NCBI GenBank assembly: GCA_029219585.1
Contig: JAQXTR010000083.1
Location: forward strand, 28,978 to 92,977
DNA from: Clostridiales bacterium
GTDB lineage: Bacteria; Bacillota; Clostridia; UBA1381
Direction: 5' to 3'
Length of the DNA: 64,000 nucleotides
Made by a program: the position numbers and the translations under genes. Under the pieces are notes generated by a model. That model searched no databases, was not told the DNA's origin, and saw only the letters and a program-made list of their open reading frames with translations. Positions 9,394-16,580 of the stretch are shown here, piece after piece. Numbering within the stretch: the stretch's first letter is position 1; each line of letters begins with the position of its first letter.

Positions 9394-10497
9394 TTACACA
9401 AATTCACACATCACAGTATTTGCAACATCCAGTCCGCCATCCGTAAGTCTGTAATAATCTCCGCCGTATTCCATGACACCGAGTGATATAAATTTTTCAA
9501 GCGCTGATCCGTATATGCTTTCAATCCTGCAGCCGAATCGTCCTGCGAATTCCGCTGCCGAAATCCCCTCTGTTTTACGCAGTCCCAGCATCATAAATTC
9601 ACCCATCATATCCTCACGGGCGAGCACATCCTTATTACCGCTCCTGTAGATTCCTGACATATATTCCTCCAAATCGCAGGTGTTTACATATCTCGCTCCG
9701 TCAAGATATGACGCAGCCGCCGTGCCGATACCTATATATTCATCACAGCTCCAGTATTTCAGATTATGCCTCGACTTATATCCCTCCATTGCATAGTTTG
9801 ATATTTCATACCTGTGGAAACCATGTTTTGCCAGAAATGACTTTGTATAATGATACATTGCTCTGTCACTATCCTCATCCGGCATCGAATATATACCCTT
9901 GTCGTACTTCTCCTTTATGGGAGTCCCGTCCTCAATAATCAGGCTGTAAACACTGACATGATTTATAGGAAGAGATACAGCGGTTTCAAGTGACTGTTTA
10001 AAGCTCTCCGGTGTTTGATACGGTAACGACTCCATAAGGTCTATGCTGATATTTTTAAAACCTGCCTTACTTAATTTCAGTACCGTATTGTATGCTGTTT
10101 CCGCACTGTGAATTCTCCCTGCGGCTCTCAGCTCCCTGTCGTTAAATGACTGCACTCCGAGACTGATACGGTTTATCCCTCCGTCAAGCATTGATTGTAT
10201 TTTCTCGCCTGTCAGTGTTCCCGGATTTGCTTCGGCTGTCCATTCGCAATCCATTGTGATATTAAAATTATCCTTAACCGCTCCGCACAGCTTTTCAATG
10301 AGAAAAGGAGGCAGAACCGACGGAGTACCTCCTCCGATAAACACTGTGTCAAGCGTCGCACCGCGGTACTCCTTCATTTCGTTGAGCAGTGTGTCAACAT
10401 ATTCCTCAAACCTCTCACTATATCCGGGAAATGAAATAAAATCGCAGTATTCACATTTTTTAACGCAAAACGGTATGTGTATATATAAGCCTTTCAT
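9394..10497 (-). CDS. hemW: radical SAM heme chaperone HemW (coproporphyrinogen III oxidase-like)
   Basis: MKGLYIHIPFCVKKCEYCDF (CX3CX2C) and a GGGTPS motif, at the typical HemW length. Confidence 0.88.
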   Translation of the reverse strand: MKGLYIHIPFCVKKCEYCDFISFPGYSERFEEYVDTLLNEMKEYRGATLDTVFIGGGTPSVLPPFLIEKLCGAVKDNFNITMDCEWTAEANPGTLTGEKIQSMLDGGINRISLGVQSFNDRELRAAGRIHSAETAYNTVLKLSKAGFKNISIDLMESLPYQTPESFKQSLETAVSLPINHVSVYSLIIEDGTPIKEKYDKGIYSMPDEDSDRAMYHYTKSFLAKHGFHRYEISNYAMEGYKSRHNLKYWSCDEYIGIGTAAASYLDGARYVNTCDLEEYMSGIYRSGNKDVLAREDMMGEFMMLGLRKTEGISAAEFAGRFGCRIESIYGSALEKFISLGVMEYGGDYYRLTDGGLDVANTVMCEFV

Positions 10498-10571
10498 CGT
10501 TATATCAATTAACTCCTCACTCAGATCTGTCTATTGTACCTCAAAAACTTCTGTTTCTTAATATAAAAACG

Positions 10572-10600
10572 AAAAAAATAAGGGTTGTTTTCACAACCCT
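10572..10600 (-). terminator. rho-independent terminator of rpsT
   Basis: Minus-strand stem aagggttgt / acaaccctt followed by a U-run. Confidence 0.8.
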
Positions 10601-10612
10601 CATCATACTTTT

Positions 10613-10876
10613 TTACGCAAGCTTAGCAAGCTTAAGAGCCAGCTGTGACTTCTTTCTTGCAGCCTTGTTCTTATGAACAATACCGTGAGCAACACCCTGG
10701 TCAAGCTTCTTAGCAGCTTCGTTATACAATGCTGCAGCTGCCGCTTTATCGCCTGCAACCACCGCTGCCTCAAACTTCTTTATAGCAGTTTTAAGAGCAG
10801 TCTTGCGAGCTGTGTTTATGGCAGTCTTTTTCTCGATTACCTTAACACGCTTCTTTGCTGATTTAATGTTTGGCAA
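10613..10876 (-). CDS. rpsT: 30S ribosomal protein S20
   Basis: (M)[12 protein letters not shown]... Start codon is TTG, 6 nt after a GGAGGTG RBS. Confidence 0.95.
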   Translation of the reverse strand: MPNIKSAKKRVKVIEKKTAINTARKTALKTAIKKFEAAVVAGDKAAAAALYNEAAKKLDQGVAHGIVHKNKAARKKSQLALKLAKLA

Positions 10877-10915
10877 AGTTTACACCTCCACAAATTTAAT
10901 ACATAATACTATATC

Positions 10916-10944
10916 AGTATACTACATTTTTCATAAAATTGCAA
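10916..10944 (-). promoter_or_regulatory. rpsT promoter
   Basis: Minus strand TTGCAA-17 nt-TATACT. Confidence 0.6.
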
Positions 10945-11045
10945 GTGTTTTATTTTATTTTTTTACTTTTTTCTGAATTGATTAAGTTTGCTTATTTGTG
11001 TCTGATTTTTTTTGTTCAAAACGACTAATGTTCAAAATCTGTAAA

Positions 11046-11087
11046 CAAAAAAATGCTTAATTCAGCAGCAATGGCTTCATTAAGCAT
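11046..11087 (-). terminator. terminator downstream of tRNA(CAU)
   Basis: Stem atgcttaat / attaagcat followed by a U-run on the minus strand. Confidence 0.7.
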
Positions 11088-11094
11088 TTCTAAT

Positions 11095-11170
11095 TGGGTG
11101 CGGGGACCGGACTTGAACCAGCGACCTCAAGGTTATGAGCCTTGCGAGCTACCAACTGCTCTACCCCGCT
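11095..11170 (-). tRNA. tRNA with CAU anticodon, initiator (fMet)-like architecture, CCA encoded
   Basis: RNA sense AGCGGGGTAGAGCAGTTGGTAGCTCGCAAGGCTCATAACCTTGAGGTCGCTGGTTCAAGTCCGGTCCCCGCACCCA. Acceptor and D arms are nearly identical to Bacillus/Clostridium initiator tRNA. See finding for the deviations. Confidence 0.85.
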
Positions 11171-11207
11171 ATGTTAATTCTGTCATTTCTCTCTGACAAC
11201 GTATAAT

Positions 11208-11236
11208 ATTATAGCATTATTTAATCCGTTTGTCAA
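11208..11236 (-). promoter_or_regulatory. promoter of tRNA(CAU)
   Basis: Minus strand TTGACA-17 nt-TATAAT, about 30 nt upstream of the tRNA 5' end. Confidence 0.7.
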
Positions 11237-11350
11237 TAGTTTTAATAAAAAAAATTTATTTTTTGTTTCTTACAGAAACTTACAGAAAATTCGCCCCTGC
11301 CTCTGCCGGATTCATCGCGGATATGCCCCCCTATCCAAAGAATGGCTGCC

Positions 11351-12010
11351 TTACTTTAAAATGAACCTGTTTCTGTTAAAGCAGAGCAAGCCCTCATCTC
11401 TCATTTTACAAAGCTCATTTGACATAGCGCTCCGGTCAACAGACAGGAAATCCGCAAGCTGTTGACGGTTAAAGGGAATAGCAAAGGAGGAGCTTCCTGA
11501 TTTTATTGATTGCTCCGATAAATACGACAGCAGCTTTTCACGGGTTGTACGCTGCGACATATGACCTAACTTCTGCGCAAGCATTCGGTTCTTTTCCGCG
11601 AGCAGAGCAAAGAAATTTTGTATAAGCACCGGGTAAAATTTGCAATCCGAAGGAGCTGCAGTGAAAATACGATAAAAGTCTAAAAATAATACTGTACTAT
11701 CCTCCACCGCAACCACATTATTCAGAAGCGCGCAGCCGCCGGACACCGCATATGCTTCTCCGAAAACGTCTCCCTTGATAACCTTATTTAATATACTCAG
11801 ATTTCCCCAATAGTCCTCACGCTGAATATGCGCGCCTCCCTCTAAGAGCAGTGCGACTGATGATATATGTTCTCCTGCGCGGAAGATATACTCACCTCTG
11901 CGGTAGCTCCTTTTTACCGCAGACAGACTAAGCAGCACAGCTTCAATTTTATCATCGTTTATTCCGGCGAACAATTTTGACAGTTTCAATATATGCAAAT
12001 ATTTTTTCAT
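11351..12010 (-). CDS. Crp/Fnr family transcriptional regulator
   Basis: cNMP-binding-like N-domain (FAGINDDKIEAV...GDVFGE) and a C-terminal HTH (RQQLADFLSVDRSAMSNELCKM). Start reset to ATG 12010 (MKKYLHIL) behind GGAG. Confidence 0.85.
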   Translation of the reverse strand: MKKYLHILKLSKLFAGINDDKIEAVLLSLSAVKRSYRRGEYIFRAGEHISSVALLLEGGAHIQREDYWGNLSILNKVIKGDVFGEAYAVSGGCALLNNVVAVEDSTVLFLDFYRIFTAAPSDCKFYPVLIQNFFALLAEKNRMLAQKLGHMSQRTTREKLLSYLSEQSIKSGSSSFAIPFNRQQLADFLSVDRSAMSNELCKMRDEGLLCFNRNRFILK

Positions 12011-12023
12011 ATAAAACTCCTTT

Positions 12024-12039
12024 TGTTGTAAATACAACA
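12024..12039. promoter_or_regulatory. candidate Crp/Fnr-type operator TGTTGTAAATACAACA
   Basis: Perfect 7+7 inverted repeat (TGTTG-N6-CAACA geometry) in the divergent intergenic region. Centre lies ~41.5 bp upstream of the TSS predicted from TATAAT at 12061-12066. Confidence 0.5.
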
Positions 12040-12114
12040 GATTTATTTCTTTTATTATATTATAATTATCACGCGAAAGCAAGATTATACAAAATATTTC
12101 AGGAGGAAAACATA

Positions 12115-12804
12115 ATGATCAGAAGAATTATTCAAATAGACGAAGAAAAGTGCAACGGCTGCGGAGCCTGCGCCGCAGCCTGTCATGAGGGCGCAATCGG
12201 TATGGTTGACGGAAAGGCAAGGCTGCTGCGTGACGATTATTGCGACGGGCTGGGGGACTGTCTGCCTGCCTGTCCGACCGGCGCAATAGCCTTTGTGGAG
12301 CGTGAAGCTGCTGCATACGACGAGGCCGCCGTAAAAGCAAATCAGCAAAAGAAAGCATCCTTGCCGTGCGGATGTCCCGGTACAAATATAAAGAAAATAC
12401 AGCGCAACGATTCCGTTGATAACCAAACAATTGAAATCGGAAGCAGATTATCGCAGTGGCCTGTGCAAATCAAGCTTGCTCCGATAAACGCCCCGTATTT
12501 TAACGGTGCCAATCTGCTTATAGCCGCTGATTGCACAGCATACGCATACGGGAACTTTCATGAGAGATTTATAAAAAATCACATCACACTGATCGGCTGT
12601 CCGAAGCTTGACAGCACTGATTATTCGGAAAAGCTGACAGAAATTATACGCTGTAATGACATAAAAAGCGTAACGGTAACGCGAATGGAGGTTCCTTGCT
12701 GCGGCGGTATCGAATACGCGGTTAAATCCGCATTGCAGCAAAGCGGAAAGCTTATTCCGTGGCAAGTGAAGATAATTTCGACCGACGGCAACATCAAGGA
12801 TTGA
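12115..12804 (+). CDS. 4Fe-4S dicluster ferredoxin-domain protein with a Cys-rich C-terminal domain
   Basis: CNGCGACAAACHEG and CDGLGDCLPACP motifs. C-terminal region has GCPKLD...VPCCGG. Start reset to ATG 12115 behind AGGAGG. Confidence 0.8.
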   Translation: MIRRIIQIDEEKCNGCGACAAACHEGAIGMVDGKARLLRDDYCDGLGDCLPACPTGAIAFVEREAAAYDEAAVKANQQKKASLPCGCPGTNIKKIQRNDSVDNQTIEIGSRLSQWPVQIKLAPINAPYFNGANLLIAADCTAYAYGNFHERFIKNHITLIGCPKLDSTDYSEKLTEIIRCNDIKSVTVTRMEVPCCGGIEYAVKSALQQSGKLIPWQVKIISTDGNIKD

Positions 12805-12915
12805 CAATATTATTGTACTTATTTAAAAAGCAAAAAGAGGCGAAAGCGCGGCAAAGCCAATAAGCTCTGCCGCGCCCATATTAATCATGCGTATCTTTAT
12901 GATTTTTTATCTCAG

Positions 12916-12936
12916 AAAAACCTCCGTTTACGGAGA
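12916..12936 (-). terminator. weak terminator after the small peptide gene
   Basis: ctccg-taaa-cggag stem followed by gttttt on the minus strand. The stem is only 5 bp. Confidence 0.35.
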
Positions 12937-12941
12937 TTTAA

Positions 12942-13082
12942 TCAGCAGCAAGGATGCGGGCAGTCGCATTCGTTTGAACCACCACAGCCGTTATTGCCGC
13001 AGCAGCAGATGAGAATAATGATAATAAATATCCAGATCCACTCACTACCTCCGCAGTTGTTGTTATTTCCGAATAAACACAT
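12942..13082 (-). CDS. 46-aa Cys/Gly/Asn-rich single-TM peptide (YjcZ / tiny-TM sporulation-peptide-like), missing from the ORF track
   Basis: Own translation: MCLFGNNNNCGGSEWIWIFIIIILICCCGNNGCGGSNECDCPHPCC. GAAGGAGG RBS 8 nt upstream. Short hairpin plus U-run downstream. Confidence 0.6.
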   Translation of the reverse strand: MCLFGNNNNCGGSEWIWIFIIIILICCCGNNGCGGSNECDCPHPCC

Positions 13083-13149
13083 ATTCAATTACCTCCTTCA
13101 TGATTTGTAATATATACTATTCATTTCGAGGTAATTGTGTTACACAGTA

Positions 13150-13449
13150 TTAATTAATTTTCTCATCGGATTCGGTAAAAATATAATTCCCGTCCCGACC
13201 CTTCAGAAAATATACAAACTTAACGGTTCTTCCGTGCCGGCGTATTACCGAAGCCCAGCCCTTACCGTGAACCGTAATTGCGGAATATGAACAGTCGGGA
13301 TAATTATTATCCACGAATCTCGAAAGCGCCTCATGCTGCTCACCAAAACGCAGCTTATTAAACGGACCCTTACCCGCCGCAACACTGTAAACCGCCGCCG
13401 CGGCTGCTGCCGTTAAAAATGTACGCTGCCTGAACTGTTTAAAATCCAA
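13150..13449 (-). CDS. hypothetical 99-aa protein, TTG start, coupled to rsmI
   Basis: AAGGAGGG RBS 6 nt upstream of TTG, which lies 2 nt after the rsmI stop. N-terminal Ala-rich hydrophobic stretch. No family recognised. Confidence 0.6.
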   Translation of the reverse strand: MDFKQFRQRTFLTAAAAAAVYSVAAGKGPFNKLRFGEQHEALSRFVDNNYPDCSYSAITVHGKGWASVIRRHGRTVKFVYFLKGRDGNYIFTESDEKIN

Positions 13450-13451
13450 GC

Positions 13452-14312
13452 CTATCCCTCCTTATGATATTCATTATATACTTCTCGCTTCGGCAGCTTT
13501 CTGTCGCCCGCCGCAGCCTTTACCGCATCCTTTGAGCTCATGCCCTCCGCTATATATTTTTCAACGTGTTCTTTGATACTCATAGTCTCCCAGAAGCATT
13601 CAGCCTCATCACTGCGCGCCTTCGCACCCTCGACAACAATAACATATTCCCCTCGCGGTGACTTTTCCGAATACAGTTCAGCCGCACCGTCAAGCGTTGT
13701 GCGGATAACCTCCTCATGTATCTTTGTAAGCTCACGCGCCAGTGCAATCCTTCTTTCGCCGCCGAACACGATGCGCATATCGTCAATTGTGGTCTTCAGC
13801 TTATGCGGAGCCTCATAAAAAATCAGCGTATGGGTGTCGTTTTTTATACTGTTAAGATGCTCATTGCGGTGACGCTTATTTACCGATAAAAAGCCCTCAA
13901 AGGCATAGCGGCTTGTGGAAAGACCTGAAAGAATAAGCGCATTAATTCCCGCGACAGGTCCCGGAACTGAGGTCACGGTTATATCGTTTTCAATGCAAAG
14001 CCTGACAAGATCCTCACCCGGATCTGAAATGGCAGGAGTGCCTGCATCAGATACCTGTGCGATATTTTTCCCCTCCATGAGAAGCTTCACAAGATATTCT
14101 CCCTTAGCCTTTTTGTTATGCTCATGGTAGCTGGTCATAGCCTTCGTTATGCCGAAGCGATTCAGAAGCTTCAAGGTCTGTCGTGTATCCTCCGCCGCAA
14201 TAAGATCAACCGTTTCCAGTATCTCAAGCAGCCTTGAAGATACATCACCAAGATTTCCTATAGGCGTTGCACACAAATAAAGCGTACCCTTTTCATCTGC
14301 CATAAATCTCAT
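13452..14312 (-). CDS. rsmI: 16S rRNA (cytidine1402-2'-O)-methyltransferase RsmI
   Basis: GTLYLCATPIGNLGDVS...AEDTR motifs. Start is ambiguous between ATG 14312 and ATG 14303; the track start is an upstream TTG. Confidence 0.9.
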   Translation of the reverse strand: MRFMADEKGTLYLCATPIGNLGDVSSRLLEILETVDLIAAEDTRQTLKLLNRFGITKAMTSYHEHNKKAKGEYLVKLLMEGKNIAQVSDAGTPAISDPGEDLVRLCIENDITVTSVPGPVAGINALILSGLSTSRYAFEGFLSVNKRHRNEHLNSIKNDTHTLIFYEAPHKLKTTIDDMRIVFGGERRIALARELTKIHEEVIRTTLDGAAELYSEKSPRGEYVIVVEGAKARSDEAECFWETMSIKEHVEKYIAEGMSSKDAVKAAAGDRKLPKREVYNEYHKEG

Positions 14313-15012
14313 CAATCTCCTTTGAATAGCTGCCGTCCTCATTGTATACAATCAGCTGCGGCAAAAGCTTTAAATCACTTTTCGCATTTTTTACGCCGTG
14401 TACCAGAACAAGATTCGGCTCCTTTCCCGCGCGCGGCGCAACAAGCCGTATCAGCTTAGGCTCAAGCCTGTATTTGCGCATACAGCAGAAAATATCGGTC
14501 AGCCTTGACGGTCGGTGTACCATGAAAAGCTTTCCAAACGGCTTGAGCAGCTCTGATGAAACACGGATGACATCATCAAGAGTACAGCATACCTCATGAC
14601 GCGAAATTGTTTTCATTCCGCCATCGTTTACAAGTCCCGCTCCCGCCTTCATATACGGCGGATTAACCGTAACACAATTAAAGCTTCCCCTCCCGAACAG
14701 CTCAGGGGCATCCTTGAGATCCGCACACATAATATGAATCCTGTCGTTTAAGCTGTTGTATTCCACACTGCGCTGAGCCATTTGGGCAATCTCACTCTGA
14801 AGCTCCACAGCACATATCTCCCGTGCCGCGGACTTTGCAGCAAGCAGCAGCGGTATAATCCCTGTACCCGTGCATAAATCCATCACACGTCCCGTACAGG
14901 TCTTTGCAAAATCGGACAGCAGGACAGCGTCAATACCAAACTTAAAGCCGTCATTGCGCTGCCATATGTAATATCCGTTCTGCAAATCGTCTAAAACTTC
15001 CTCAGACGCCAT
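14293..15012 (-). CDS. SAM-dependent methyltransferase, TrmN6/YabB-like (NPPY motif)
   Basis: DLCTGTGIIPL (SAM site) and VTVNPPYMK motifs. yabB-rsmI synteny as in Bacillus. ATG 15012 overlaps the fabZ end. Confidence 0.8.
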   Translation of the reverse strand: MASEEVLDDLQNGYYIWQRNDGFKFGIDAVLLSDFAKTCTGRVMDLCTGTGIIPLLLAAKSAAREICAVELQSEIAQMAQRSVEYNSLNDRIHIMCADLKDAPELFGRGSFNCVTVNPPYMKAGAGLVNDGGMKTISRHEVCCTLDDVIRVSSELLKPFGKLFMVHRPSRLTDIFCCMRKYRLEPKLIRLVAPRAGKEPNLVLVHGVKNAKSDLKLLPQLIVYNEDGSYSKEIDEIYGR

Positions 15013-15451
15013 TGTTTTCAACTACGGCAAAGCTTATTTCTCCCTTTGCGGCAGTACTGCCGTCAACTACAGCCTCAACATTTGCTTTGCCCATACCGTG
15101 CCGGTACATTACAAGCTCTGCATTAAGCTCAAGCGTATCGCCCGGAACAACCTGTCTTCTGAACTTGAAGTTGTTAATACCCGTAAACACACCAAGCTTT
15201 CCTTTATTCTCCTCCATGCCCAGAAGCATAACAGCACCTACCTGCGCAAGAGCCTCACATATAAGCACTCCCGGCATGATAGGATTCCCCGGAAAATGTC
15301 CCTGGAAAAACGGCTCGTTGACAGTTACATTCTTAATACCCTTTATTCTCTTACCGGGCTCATGCTCTATGATCTTGTCCACAAGCAGGAACGGATAACG
15401 ATGCGGTAAAATCCTCTGAATTTCGATATTGTTCATAATTGGTTCTGACAT
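15002..15451 (-). CDS. fabZ: 3-hydroxyacyl-ACP dehydratase FabZ
   Basis: LPHRYPFLLVD...FFQGHFPGNPIMPGVL signature. GGAGAG RBS. Confidence 0.95.
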   Translation of the reverse strand: MSEPIMNNIEIQRILPHRYPFLLVDKIIEHEPGKRIKGIKNVTVNEPFFQGHFPGNPIMPGVLICEALAQVGAVMLLGMEENKGKLGVFTGINNFKFRRQVVPGDTLELNAELVMYRHGMGKANVEAVVDGSTAAKGEISFAVVENNGV

Positions 15452-15478
15452 TTTATTCTCTCCTTTTCACTATTATAT

Positions 15479-16507
15479 TTAACCTTCATGAATATAAGCT
15501 TTTTTATGGTATACATGTGTCGGATCTGCGACGGAATCAATTTGCTCCAAAGCAATACCTGATCCCTTTACAACACATTGAATTATGTCATCGGCAAGAT
15601 GACATTCCACTCCGATCGTATCGGATATCCGTCGGTCAAGACCGTAAAGCATCGCGCCGCCGCCTGTCAGGATTATTCCGTCCTGAATTATATCTCCGTG
15701 AAGCTCCGGAGGGGTTTCCTCAAGAACTTCTCTTGCGCGCTCCGTTATGTTATAAACGAACTCCTCGAATATATTGTATAAATCATTTGACGAAACCGTA
15801 ACGGACTTCGGTATCCCGGTAATAGCGCTGATGCCCTTAGCCGTGCATACAATCTCCTTATCCCGCTTTACAACTCCGCCTACGGTACATTTAAGCTTTT
15901 CGGCAGTGCGCGGACCAATGTGAAGATTCATTTCCTTGCGCATATAGCGTATAATCTCCTCTGTAAATTCATCTCCGGCAATTTTCATTGAACGGCTGCA
16001 TACCACGCCTCCCAGAGCTATAACGGCAATATCTGTCGTTCCGCCGCCGATATCTATAACCATAGTCCCCCGTGCCTGTGAAATGTCCCTTCCGGCGCCG
16101 AGAGCAGCAGCTACAGGCTCCTCAATAATATAGATGTCCCTTGCTCCTACCTCCCGCGCCGCCTCAATAACCGCGCGCTGTTCAACATCGGTTATACCCG
16201 AAGGAACGCACATCATTATCCTTGGTCTGCCCGGTACTCTGTGCAGCGCCTTCCTTATCAAGCGGCGGATCATTTCCTGAGCAAGCGTATAATATGAAAT
16301 CACACCGTCATGAAGAGGGCGTACCGCCTTTATGTTTGGCGGTGTTCTGCCCAACATTTCCAGCGCCTCCGTTCCGACGCCTACAACCTCATTCTTATCG
16401 GTATCCACTGCGATAACCGTCGGTTCATCAAGCACTATGCCCTTGCCTTTTATATAGACAAGCATCGTTGCTGTTCCCAAATCTATACTAATATCGTTAC
16501 CGAACAT
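15479..16507 (-). CDS. rod-shape-determining actin homologue, MreB/Mbl family
   Basis: IDLGTATMLVY...GRTP...DIGGGTTD motifs. mbl-fabZ neighbourhood as in B. subtilis. Confidence 0.93.
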   Translation of the reverse strand: MFGNDISIDLGTATMLVYIKGKGIVLDEPTVIAVDTDKNEVVGVGTEALEMLGRTPPNIKAVRPLHDGVISYYTLAQEMIRRLIRKALHRVPGRPRIMMCVPSGITDVEQRAVIEAAREVGARDIYIIEEPVAAALGAGRDISQARGTMVIDIGGGTTDIAVIALGGVVCSRSMKIAGDEFTEEIIRYMRKEMNLHIGPRTAEKLKCTVGGVVKRDKEIVCTAKGISAITGIPKSVTVSSNDLYNIFEEFVYNITERAREVLEETPPELHGDIIQDGIILTGGGAMLYGLDRRISDTIGVECHLADDIIQCVVKGSGIALEQIDSVADPTHVYHKKAYIHEG

Positions 16508-16580
16508 ATATGTTCTTTCTCCTTAAAAGCTGTAATACTTATATTATACACCAAGAAAAGTGATAACTCAATACTTTTTA

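Noticed and set aside
10877-11350. tRNA-adjacent integration site or mobile element (also around the tRNA-Gln at 2769-2842)
   Set aside because: No integrase, no direct repeat of the tRNA 3' end, and no foreign-looking genes. The short cttacagaaa duplication at ~11269-11288 is too small to interpret.
12846-12875. GC-rich hairpin gcgcggca...tgccgcgc after the ferredoxin-like gene
   Set aside because: It is plausibly that gene's terminator, but it has a 14-nt loop and no downstream U-run. I did not list it as a confident feature.
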